48,548 nt of DNA, taken from NCBI GenBank assembly GCA_003697365.1, contig RFGP01000077.1:1-48548 (forward strand), given 5' to 3'. The notes under the pieces were generated by a model, which was given only the letters and a program-made list of their open reading frames with translations, searched no databases and was not told where the DNA came from. Shown piece after piece: positions 17,047 to 25,877 of this stretch (its first letter is position 1; the number at the start of each line of letters is the position of its first letter). The translations under genes and the position numbers were made by a program. The stretch comes from Chloroflexota bacterium (GTDB lineage Bacteria; Chloroflexota; Anaerolineae; Aggregatilineales; J027).

Positions 17047-19679
17047 AATTTTTGGTGTTTGTTAATCAATTGCTCTAAATATGCTGTTTCTTCATCAACC
17101 GATTGAATTTCACCATCTAACCAAGCACTGCGTAGGCGGCGTAATATATCACCAATAATTGGGCCGGGCGGTATCCCCATAGCTTTTAAGTCATTACCAT
17201 TAACAGTTGGGTGAACATATCGCCATGTTGTTATATATTGCTCAATAGAATAGCGTTGCACATCGTTTTCAGCAATTGTCCATAAAACTATCCATGCGAG
17301 AGGGGGTAATGAACCTAAATATTCGACAACTTGACTAGGATGCATATTAGGTAGTTGGGAGAGCTGAGGTATCGCTTGGTGAATGGCGAGCAGTGTATTT
17401 TCTAATGTACGTCCAATCATCAAGCGTTCTGACCATGCGCGGATTTGATCAGAAGAACATCGAATGATCAATAATGTGGCTTGGGCAGCGATCCAGTCAA
17501 TATTTAGTTCTAACCAAGAGGGTTGAGTCTGTGCGCTGCGCAATAGGTTATATTTTTCGATAAACCAATCATCGATATGTATGTTTGGAAAAATAGTATT
17601 TAAAATACCTAGTTGCTCTAAGCGTTGTAAACCACGTAAGGGCTCTTTTTCCTCTAATAAATGCCAAAGTTCATTGCGAATACGTTCGCCTGTGACACGA
17701 TCAAGAAAAGGAAGCGCATTTTCTAAAAGGTTTAATGTGCGGGGTTCTATGTTGAAATTGAGCCGCTGCTCGAAGCGAACTGCCCGTAACATGCGAGTAG
17801 GGTCATCAATAAAACTATGGCTATGAAGTACACGGATAATTTTATTTTTGAGATCGCGCTCTCCATTATAAAAGTCTATGAGCATTCCCATTGGCGGAGG
17901 CGATAAGCGAATCGCCATGCTATTAATAGTGAAGTCACGCCGATGTAGGTCTTGTTTAATAGAGCTTTGGCGTATGGTGGGCAATACGCTAGGTTCTTTA
18001 TAAAACTCTGCGCGTGCAGTTGCGAAGTCAATGAACTCAACGCCGCCTGTGTTATCATCTAAGCTCAGGTCAAGTGCCTTTATGACATCTCGATTAATGA
18101 TCCATTTTGCCGTGCCAAATTGGCGATGAATATGTAAATGTCCACCTAATGCTTTTTGTATGCTATCAGCAAAGGCGATAGCATCACCTTCAATAACAAT
18201 GTCAATATCAAGATTGGGAATATCTAACAGTAAATCGCGAACGAGTCCACCCACTAAATAAATATCTAGATCATCAGCCTGAGCTTTATGGGCAATATAC
18301 GTCAATAATTCCCACAGTGCTAATGGCAGCATATTTTGTAAACGTGACATGAGCATATGTTGTTGATGTTGGCTGCGTGGCGGCATTCCCCATCGGCGAA
18401 TGAGATCAGTGCGTGTAACAATGCCGACTAAACGCTCATTTTCATCGAGGACAGGCATTTGCCCCCAACCCGTATCCATCATTTTTTGACGCAAAACTTC
18501 TAGTGAGTCATTAGGATGTACGTAGATGTTAGTCCCTGCTTCCATCAAATGTCGGACTGGCTGCTGTGGCATATGATGGGCGAGTGCTCGATCTACAGCT
18601 CTACGAGTTAATAAACCCACTACACGCTCACCATCCAAAACTGGATAGCCTTCATGACCCGATATTTGCATCTTTTTTGCTGCTTCTTCGGCAGTAGCGT
18701 CAATGTTAATTGTTTCAATTGGGCCAACAGACATGAGATCTGCAACAGTTATGCTAGGCGTAATGACTTTAGGGAGAGTTTCGCGCACCTTCTTTAAGGC
18801 AGCGTTCAAATCCGTTTGGCGTAATAAGGCAGCTGCTGCGCGTACATGTCCACCACCGCCTAAGGCTTTTGCTAATTGCCCAACATCCACTTCATCAATC
18901 GTACTTCTGGCAACAAGTTGTACATCATTTCCCATTTGAATGAGCAAAAACAAGGCATTAGGATCATAAAGATTCATCATATGATGAGCAAGTCGAGAGA
19001 CCCCTTCTACTTGTTGCTCAACTTTTGCTGTTGCGAGCAAAACAACATGACCGCCAATGATCTCTATTGTTGCTGATTGCCGAAGCTGATCGTAGATATG
19101 CCAATGGGTTTCTTCAAGCGGATAAGTTAAAAATTCACGCAAAATATCAAGGCTTGCATTATTTTCTAGCAACCATGCTGCTGCTAAGACATCACGCACT
19201 GTGGTGCCGCCATAGGTTAGACTACCGGTATCTTCATAGATTCCTATTAGCAACATTGTTGCTTCAAGCGAGCTAAGCTCAATATTTTGTTGGCGAATGA
19301 GTTCAACAAGTAAGGTTGTTGTTGCACCTACTTCATCAATGAGCGTTGTATAGTGTGGGGGCAAATCCTCTCGACGTTGATGATGGTCGATAATATGAAC
19401 GGGTGTTGTATCTTTCAGGTGGGGGATAGTATGGAGTTTTTGAGTATCGACAAGATAAGCATATGTAAGTTCTAAATCGTCAGGTAATTCTGAATGTTGA
19501 ATCGCTGGCATGATGCCAGCATAAAGCGTTAAGAACTTTCGCACGTTTTGACGTAAGCGATGTGGCAATACAGGCACTGCAGTAGGATCAAGGCGATGCA
19601 TTGCCATAAGCGATGCCACAGCATCAAAATCTGCATTATTGTGCGTAAAAATCAAGCGTCGTAAATTCATTAGAACCAA
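17043..19679 (-). CDS. DHH/DHHA1-CBS-tRNA nucleotidyltransferase (A-adding-type architecture)
   Basis: HNNADFDA, IIDHH, GGGGH (DHH/DHHA1); a CBS pair; YLVGGLVRD..DIDI, DFATARAEFY, RRDFTINSMA, DDPTRMLRAVRF. Confidence 0.9.
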   Translation of the reverse strand: MVLMNLRRLIFTHNNADFDAVASLMAMHRLDPTAVPVLPHRLRQNVRKFLTLYAGIMPAIQHSELPDDLELTYAYLVDTQKLHTIPHLKDTTPVHIIDHHQRREDLPPHYTTLIDEVGATTTLLVELIRQQNIELSSLEATMLLIGIYEDTGSLTYGGTTVRDVLAAAWLLENNASLDILREFLTYPLEETHWHIYDQLRQSATIEIIGGHVVLLATAKVEQQVEGVSRLAHHMMNLYDPNALFLLIQMGNDVQLVARSTIDEVDVGQLAKALGGGGHVRAAAALLRQTDLNAALKKVRETLPKVITPSITVADLMSVGPIETINIDATAEEAAKKMQISGHEGYPVLDGERVVGLLTRRAVDRALAHHMPQQPVRHLMEAGTNIYVHPNDSLEVLRQKMMDTGWGQMPVLDENERLVGIVTRTDLIRRWGMPPRSQHQQHMLMSRLQNMLPLALWELLTYIAHKAQADDLDIYLVGGLVRDLLLDIPNLDIDIVIEGDAIAFADSIQKALGGHLHIHRQFGTAKWIINRDVIKALDLSLDDNTGGVEFIDFATARAEFYKEPSVLPTIRQSSIKQDLHRRDFTINSMAIRLSPPPMGMLIDFYNGERDLKNKIIRVLHSHSFIDDPTRMLRAVRFEQRLNFNIEPRTLNLLENALPFLDRVTGERIRNELWHLLEEKEPLRGLQRLEQLGILNTIFPNIHIDDWFIEKYNLLRSAQTQPSWLELNIDWIAAQATLLIIRCSSDQIRAWSERLMIGRTLENTLLAIHQAIPQLSQLPNMHPSQVVEYLGSLPPLAWIVLWTIAENDVQRYSIEQYITTWRYVHPTVNGNDLKAMGIPPGPIIGDILRRLRSAWLDGEIQSVDEETAYLEQLINKHQKL

Positions 19680-19682
19680 ATA

Positions 19683-20516
19683 TTATTGCGGAGTTGGTGG
19701 TCGATGGGGCTTTATGGGCGCTTGATTCGATTTAGTACTGCCAGTATTAGATTCCTCATCTGTTACTGATTTATTTTCTGTAGAAGGACTTGCTTCTGTT
19801 TTCTCTTCTTTGGCAACCTCAGGTTCACTAGATTTTGCGCTTGATGAAGAGGTTTTTTCCTCCTCTGCTGATTTACCGTTACTTTTGTCGCCTTTATCAA
19901 CAGCTTCTGGCTTTGTTTTTGTGTCTTCAGTAGCTGTTGGCGCTGATGTTGATTTTGGTGTTTCAGGTGTTTCAGGCGTTAAAGGTTTAGCAGATTCGCT
20001 TGCTTGTGTTGTTGCCGTTGTATCTACTGGCGCTGATGTTGCTTTTGGTGTTTCTTGAGCTTTGGGCTTTTCCGCCGTCGATACAGGTTGTTTATCTTCT
20101 GGTGATGTTTCAGTTGATGGTGGAGGGGTATGATTAGTTTTGGCTTGTTTCTTTTGCTGAATATCGTTAATTACGTCTGTAAGCAGATCTATATTGATCG
20201 GCTTATGTACAACATGATCAGCGCCCACTTCTTTACGACGATCTTCTAAATCTAGCGCATCATAAGCTGTGACAAAGATTATCGGCAAATCCTTTAATGT
20301 TTGATGTTCGCGCATCATCCGACATAGCTGAAAACCATCAAGTTGTGGCATCATGATGTCTAAGAGAGCGACATCTACTTGTTCTATCTCTGCAAGTGTG
20401 ATGGCTTCGGTTGAATTTAACGTTGTAACGGGCTCAAACCCTGTTAATTCTAACAAAACACGTAACAAGTTGAGCGTATCTAATTCATCATCTACGACAA
20501 GTACTTTGGTAGCCAT
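19683..20516 (-). CDS. response regulator receiver with about 150-aa low-complexity C-terminal tail
   Basis: VLVVDD, LLDIMMPQLDG, FVTA, HKP; tail rich in T/P/S/E/K with no recognisable output domain. Confidence 0.88.
   Translation of the reverse strand: MATKVLVVDDELDTLNLLRVLLELTGFEPVTTLNSTEAITLAEIEQVDVALLDIMMPQLDGFQLCRMMREHQTLKDLPIIFVTAYDALDLEDRRKEVGADHVVHKPINIDLLTDVINDIQQKKQAKTNHTPPPSTETSPEDKQPVSTAEKPKAQETPKATSAPVDTTATTQASESAKPLTPETPETPKSTSAPTATEDTKTKPEAVDKGDKSNGKSAEEEKTSSSSAKSSEPEVAKEEKTEASPSTENKSVTDEESNTGSTKSNQAPIKPHRPPTPQ
19938..20054. repeat. 27-bp direct repeat within the response regulator tail
   Basis: TGGCGCTGATGTTG(A/C)TTTTGGTGTTTC at 19938-19964 and 20028-20054; one mismatch, 90-bp period; encodes ETPK(A/S)TSAP. 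Confidence 0.85.
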
Positions 20517-20527
20517 GCATTATTCCT

Positions 20528-20908
20528 TCAATATAGTAGCGATTGTGCACGATAAGCAGCTGCTGAATTGAAAAGCGCTACAATGCCAAAAGCTAAAGCT
20601 GCATTTCGATTATCGTTACCTTGCATAATAGCATAAACGCCCGGCAAGCTGATCGCAAAATAAAATGTATAGAGATAGTATACCGTTCGTTGTGGTGGTT
20701 CGCCGAGCAGGCTTAATATTATGGTGACAATAAAAACAGCGCTTGCTAGAAAGGTGTTCGTCCACATTGCCCCCCAAAAATTTCCGCTAAGTGCTTGATT
20801 TTGCCCCGCTAAAACAGCCGCGTAAACGCCTAGTATTGCGCTGAATAAAATATAGGCTGTGCTAAACCCTCCATGCACAATAAGCAGAAAATCGGTCATT
20901 GATGCCAT
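20528..20908 (-). CDS. small hypothetical membrane protein (about 4 TM)
   Basis: Four hydrophobic segments; ATG (MASMTDF) follows GAAGGA. Confidence 0.7.
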   Translation of the reverse strand: MASMTDFLLIVHGGFSTAYILFSAILGVYAAVLAGQNQALSGNFWGAMWTNTFLASAVFIVTIILSLLGEPPQRTVYYLYTFYFAISLPGVYAIMQGNDNRNAALAFGIVALFNSAAAYRAQSLLY

Positions 20909-21014
20909 GATCCTTCTATTTCGCAAGATTAATGACGGTCTATGATCTTAGTAGTTTTGGCTCAAATGTCCATAGAATTTTCGATAAAGGATTGAAGAGG
21001 TTTTTTGCTATAAC

Positions 21015-21047
21015 AAAAGCAGAAGAGTTAAAAGCTCTTCTGCTTTT
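21015..21047 (-). terminator. intrinsic terminator of the sigma factor gene
   Basis: Perfect 13-bp inverted repeat AAAAGCAGAAGAG / CTCTTCTGCTTTT. Confidence 0.85.
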
Positions 21048-21060
21048 AAGATCGTATGCT

Positions 21061-22542
21061 TTATAAATAGTCTCGAAGATTATGGGCAATGCGTGGATGA
21101 CGCAGGCGGCGTAAAGCCTCTTTTTCCAATTGGCGAATGCGTTCTCGGCTAAGCCCAAATTTATTAGCGATTTCTTCAAGCGTATGCGGCTCGCCTCCGC
21201 CCAAGCCAAAACGTAATCGGAGGATATGGCTTTGGCGTGGCGTTAATTCACTCAACACTTCTTCGATAGTTTCTTGTAACAGGTTTTGTGTTGCCACTTC
21301 AACGGGGCTGGGCGAATCTCGATCCTCGATGAAATCGCCAAATTCACTATCACCATCATCGCCTACAGGGCGCTCTAGGGCGATGGCATGTTGGCTAGCA
21401 TCCATCATTGCACGCACATTTTCAGGCTGAACTTGCATAGCGCTGGCTATTTCCTCAGGTGTTGGACGACGGCCAAGCTCTTGTTCCAGTGTTTGAGCAA
21501 CCCGATACATCTGACGAATTCGCTCGGTCATGTGTAGCGGTATCCGAATGGTACGTGTTTTTTGTGCTAGGGCACGAGTGATGGCTTGGCGTATCCACCA
21601 AGTGGCATAGGTGCTAAAGCGATTGCCACGTTTATAGTCGTATTTATCAACAGCGCGCATTAAGCCAACGTTACCTTCTTGAATTAGATCAGGAAAGGGG
21701 AGCCCTTGCCCCATATAACGTTTCGCTATGCTGACAACAAGGCGCGTGTTGGCGCGTCCTAAATGTTCACGTGCTGCTTGGCCATCTTCAATGAAAACTT
21801 TAAGTAATCCCTTACTTTTTTCGATACCAATCAATGCAGCTTCAAAACCCATCGGCGCAAAAACACCATTTGATAAATCTTGTCGCAATAAATGATCGTG
21901 TGCCATTTCAACCCACATAAACTCATGACGGATGGGTTGAAGCACTGTATCTATATCTTGTAAGAGAGTATCGAACTCTTCTGCTACCCAAGGCGCTAAT
22001 TCGATGTCGTTGACATTTTCTACAATTTTACGAACTTCATCAAATACCCGTCTTATTGCGAGAATGTCTGCGCATACGGTAATGAATTCTTGTCGAAACT
22101 CTGTATGATGATGAAGAAGATGTATTTGGTTAAGAAGCGTATTGAGGCGGTGAATGTGGCCGAGTAGGTGATTGAGGTTGTCTTCTAGCTCAAATGCCAT
22201 TCTGCCTATTTCGATGCGTTTTGCTAATGAAATCTCGTCATCTGCAGTCAGAAGTGGCTCTTGAGCCATTTGTCGAAAATATAACCCTACAGGATCATCG
22301 GGAGAGACAGCATTAATATCGCCAATGTCAGGATCACGGAGGGCTTCACGATCAAAATCTTCGTCTAGCTCGATACCCGGATCGTCTTCATCCTGCCGTA
22401 ATTCGATCCCTAAATCATCTAATTCATCAAGGAGCGCTTCAATGGCAGCAACATCGTCCCCGTCTCCCTCTAATAATTCCAGCACGTCTTCGAGGGTTAC
22501 AAAGCCGCGCTGATCAGCTCGGTTCATGAGTTCTTGGATCAC
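21061..22542 (-). CDS. RNA polymerase sigma-70 factor, RpoD/SigA family
   Basis: Region 1.1 (RGFVTLEDV), 1.2 (DPVGLYFRQM..LLT), 2 (NTRLVVSIAKRY, DLIQEGNVGLMRAVDKYDY, FSTYATWWIRQAITRA), 4 (TLEEIANKFGLSRERIRQLEKEALRRLR). Confidence 0.93.
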   Translation of the reverse strand: MIQELMNRADQRGFVTLEDVLELLEGDGDDVAAIEALLDELDDLGIELRQDEDDPGIELDEDFDREALRDPDIGDINAVSPDDPVGLYFRQMAQEPLLTADDEISLAKRIEIGRMAFELEDNLNHLLGHIHRLNTLLNQIHLLHHHTEFRQEFITVCADILAIRRVFDEVRKIVENVNDIELAPWVAEEFDTLLQDIDTVLQPIRHEFMWVEMAHDHLLRQDLSNGVFAPMGFEAALIGIEKSKGLLKVFIEDGQAAREHLGRANTRLVVSIAKRYMGQGLPFPDLIQEGNVGLMRAVDKYDYKRGNRFSTYATWWIRQAITRALAQKTRTIRIPLHMTERIRQMYRVAQTLEQELGRRPTPEEIASAMQVQPENVRAMMDASQHAIALERPVGDDGDSEFGDFIEDRDSPSPVEVATQNLLQETIEEVLSELTPRQSHILRLRFGLGGGEPHTLEEIANKFGLSRERIRQLEKEALRRLRHPRIAHNLRDYL

Positions 22543-22794
22543 GAGCGTTCCTGCCTCCCTTTTAATGTATATATAACAGGGAAAAACTTGCCCATAAAAA
22601 AATCAACGTTCCAATATTTTTTTAGTACAATCAAAAATCATTGTAGCATAGTTTTAAAAGCAGGTGAAACTACTCTCACTTTGCCTCTCATTCTATATTC
22701 ATTTTTGTTGTGTGAAGAATTGGGTATTTATGCGGCAAACAGGCTATAATCGAGAACAAAATTTTACAAAAATTATGAATGAGGAAATTTCGTT

Positions 22795-23634
22795 ATGGAT
22801 ATTCGCGCTGTCAAGTTAGATGTTGCCGCATTACGCAATGGCCTAGCATGGGCACAAAGTTGGACCCATCAGCACATTCTTTGTCGTATTGGTGAAGGCC
22901 AGCTAACTTTTATGGTTGCTGAACGCGATGGTTTCTTGGCAGCTTGGACATGGAATGCTCCTGATCTGAGCAGTTCAGCATTTTTTCTCATTCCTCCATT
23001 TATTGCAAAGCTCCTTTCTTCGCGTGCTATGTGGGATGTGCGAGAACTGAAAGTAATGACTTATCGTAATGCTGTCGGTATGCTTTTGTCTGCGGACCAA
23101 CGCCAGCCTTTTCGACTGCAATGGCACTGGCACGCAACAGATTTCGCGAGCCCACCATACTTTAAACTAATGAGTCGTTTGCCTGATATGATGATCAGCG
23201 CGCCTTATGTCAATTTGGCAGATGTCATTCATCTTGCCATTGCCAATGTGTTGACTCCTAGCATTAATGAAGAAGGTGAGCCAGAACCAATGCCAAATGG
23301 CATTTTGATAGACTTTATGCCCGGCCAAATTAATATTGATGGAGAATCAATACATAGCCACACACAACAGCAGGCACGATATTATTTTAACCCCAAGATG
23401 TTAATTCGTGGCTTAGAAATTGTGCGTTCTTCACACTTAAGTTTTGCGATTCGTGAAGCTAAGCGAGCACAAAATGCTGTTTTGTACATGGCTTGCCAAC
23501 GTGAAGGTTGGCAAATCCATTGCGCGATTCAATCTGTGGGCGTAAGCCGCACAGCTACCCCGCCGCCTGTACAAATTCGTGAAACACGTCCCCCGATGCA
23601 AGGTGGCTCTTGGTTTAGAGGACGCGGTGACTAG
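22795..23634 (+). CDS. hypothetical protein, possible divergent two-domain DNA sliding-clamp fold
   Basis: Good RBS (GAGG). By-eye similarity to DnaN segments (ILCRIGEGQLTF, LIP, ATDF, NGILIDF, FNPKMLIRGL). The ORF is solid; the fold call is inference. Confidence 0.55.
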   Translation: MDIRAVKLDVAALRNGLAWAQSWTHQHILCRIGEGQLTFMVAERDGFLAAWTWNAPDLSSSAFFLIPPFIAKLLSSRAMWDVRELKVMTYRNAVGMLLSADQRQPFRLQWHWHATDFASPPYFKLMSRLPDMMISAPYVNLADVIHLAIANVLTPSINEEGEPEPMPNGILIDFMPGQINIDGESIHSHTQQQARYYFNPKMLIRGLEIVRSSHLSFAIREAKRAQNAVLYMACQREGWQIHCAIQSVGVSRTATPPPVQIRETRPPMQGGSWFRGRGD

Positions 23635-24526
23635 GCGATTTTTGCGTCGACGCTGGCGACTTTTAATGCTATTTATTGTTTTATCTTTAGGGCTTAGTAT
23701 TTGTGTCTCATGGAGCATCGGGGCGATTTCGGCTACAGCTTTAGTATATGCACCTTGCAATAATAACGGTATGTCACTTGATGACACGTATGAATGGGAA
23801 TCTTTCACGCTTTCGGCCCGCGATGGAGGACGTTTTAGAGGGTATTTCATACATGGCACGAATGGGGCAACGGTCATTTTTCCGCCTAATTTTACCGCTG
23901 GACGCAATAGTCGCCTTTTTGAAGCCTTGCCTTTTGTGGACGCTGGATATAACGTTGTAGTATATGAGTCAAGACGCTGTGCAAATATGGGGCCTTTGAG
24001 CTTAGGGTATGAAGAGGTCTCTGAAGTGGCCGATGTGCTTGATTATCTCGCGTTGCGTGGTGATGTTGATATGGCTCATATTGGGGTACATGGTTTTTCT
24101 TCTGCTGGGGCAACGGCGATTATGGCTGCTGCACAATATCCGCAAATTAAAGCAGTCGTTGCTGTAGGCAATTATGCAGATATGAATGCTATCCTAGATG
24201 CTGATGTTGAAGGGGTTCGACATTTTTTCTATATGTTATATCAACATGGCTTCCGTTTTACTTATCAGCTATGGGTTGGTAATTCACTTGATACTTTGAA
24301 GCCCATCGAAGTGATTGATCAAATTTACCCGCGTCCTATATTACTGATTTATGGTTCAGAAGAACCGGGCGCTCTCACAAGCGAAGCGTTGATGATGCGC
24401 GCCGATGAAAATGCTACACTGTGGATTCTTGAAGGAGAAGGGCATGGTAGCTATCGTAGGCGCACTGATTATAGCCAACGTACTATCGCTTTCTTCGATC
24501 AACATTTATTGGATACATTGCGCTAG
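23627..24526 (+). CDS. membrane-anchored alpha/beta hydrolase
   Basis: N-terminal TM; GVHGFSSAG nucleophile elbow, PRPILLIYG, GEGH; GTG at 23627 after AGAGGA. Confidence 0.85.
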   Translation: MTRRFLRRRWRLLMLFIVLSLGLSICVSWSIGAISATALVYAPCNNNGMSLDDTYEWESFTLSARDGGRFRGYFIHGTNGATVIFPPNFTAGRNSRLFEALPFVDAGYNVVVYESRRCANMGPLSLGYEEVSEVADVLDYLALRGDVDMAHIGVHGFSSAGATAIMAAAQYPQIKAVVAVGNYADMNAILDADVEGVRHFFYMLYQHGFRFTYQLWVGNSLDTLKPIEVIDQIYPRPILLIYGSEEPGALTSEALMMRADENATLWILEGEGHGSYRRRTDYSQRTIAFFDQHLLDTLR

Positions 24527-24531
24527 ATTGC

Positions 24532-25863
24532 ATGTTTAAAGAATCTCAACTTAATTATCTTTCTGCATTGATTGAGGCTCGTACAGGCTTAGATACTTTT
24601 ACACGCTATCGTCAGACTTTGATTGAGGCTCTGCAACAGGATCATATCGAAAATTTAGATGCCTATATCGCCCATTTAGAATTACTAGATCATAGCCATC
24701 CTGTTTGGCAAGCATTGCTGAATGATTTAATAATTGGCGAAACATATTTTATGCGAGATCAGCAGCAAATCTCATTACTGCGAGAGCTGGTCTTACCTGC
24801 TATTATCCAACAAAAACGACATACTACACGCCAAATACGTATATGGAGTGCTGGTTGCGCTACTGGCGAAGAAGCCTATACGCTCGCCATTTTGCTTTAT
24901 GAGTTGCTACCCGATCATAACAAGTGGGATATTTTGATTTTAGGAACGGATATTAATTGGGCAGCAATTCAGGTAGCACAAAAAGGAATTTATAAAGCGT
25001 GGTCTTTTCGTAATACTACCCCTACTTTTCAGCAAAAATATTTTATTCCACGCGCGAATGCCTATGAAATTCGCTCAGATTTGCGTCATAACGTGCGTTT
25101 TGAGCAGGCCAACCTTGTTAGTGTGAATGTGCCGCAGCAAGATTTAATTGTATGCCGTAATGTTTTATTTTACTTTACCCCTTCGCAGGCAGCAGTGGCT
25201 GAAAAACGTTTACTCCAATGCTTACAACCAAGCGGTTGGCTTTTGCTAAGTCCAGCAGAAACGCTACATCACACACGCCAACATTTTGAGATTCATACTC
25301 ATGCGCAAACGATAGTTTTTCGTAGGCGCGCAGAATCAACAACTTCAGCCTCATATCTCCCTCAACCGCTAATCCAAAACCTAGAAGATATTTATCAATC
25401 TGCTGTAGAGGCTTTTCAAACGCATCAATTTGAACTTGCGGAAATTTACTTAAATCAAATTAGTCACTTACAGATACCGAAGATTGCGTGTCTACAAGCA
25501 AGTTTGGCATTGAGCAAGGGCGACTGGGATGGTGCGAGGGTAAAACTAAATGAAACGCTTCATCTTGATCCTTTTTGGGCAGAAGCGCATTATTTGTTGG
25601 GATTGTGGCATATTCACCACGATGATCTTATTGCGGCATACACATCGCTACGCGCCGCAATTTATAGCGAACCTCGTTTTGCACTAGCATATTTGCTAAA
25701 GGGCGACTTAATGATGAAGCAGGGTGATTATAATCGGGCAACGCGCGCTTGGGAAACCGCACGACAGCTGGCGTTGGCCTTCGATATAAATGCTTATCTC
25801 AGCGATATTGCTGACGTAACCGCAGGGCAGCTTATTAATTTAGTTGAACATCGCTTGAATTAG
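24532..25863 (+). CDS. cheR: CheR-type methyltransferase with C-terminal TPR
   Basis: IGETYFMRD, RIWSAGCATGEEAYTLA, ILGTDIN, DLIVCRNVLFYF; TPR region AEAHYLLG. Confidence 0.9.
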   Translation: MFKESQLNYLSALIEARTGLDTFTRYRQTLIEALQQDHIENLDAYIAHLELLDHSHPVWQALLNDLIIGETYFMRDQQQISLLRELVLPAIIQQKRHTTRQIRIWSAGCATGEEAYTLAILLYELLPDHNKWDILILGTDINWAAIQVAQKGIYKAWSFRNTTPTFQQKYFIPRANAYEIRSDLRHNVRFEQANLVSVNVPQQDLIVCRNVLFYFTPSQAAVAEKRLLQCLQPSGWLLLSPAETLHHTRQHFEIHTHAQTIVFRRRAESTTSASYLPQPLIQNLEDIYQSAVEAFQTHQFELAEIYLNQISHLQIPKIACLQASLALSKGDWDGARVKLNETLHLDPFWAEAHYLLGLWHIHHDDLIAAYTSLRAAIYSEPRFALAYLLKGDLMMKQGDYNRATRAWETARQLALAFDINAYLSDIADVTAGQLINLVEHRLN

Positions 25864-25877
25864 GATATGGAAAACTT

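Noticed and set aside
22752-22765. Possible LexA box (GAAC-N4-GTTC) upstream of the clamp-like gene
   Set aside because: The sequence is GAACAAAATTTT; the right half-site has two mismatches in AT-rich DNA.
23437-23907. 156-aa minus-strand ORF, and 47202-47684 antisense to folD
   Set aside because: Fully antisense to well-supported genes, with no motifs.
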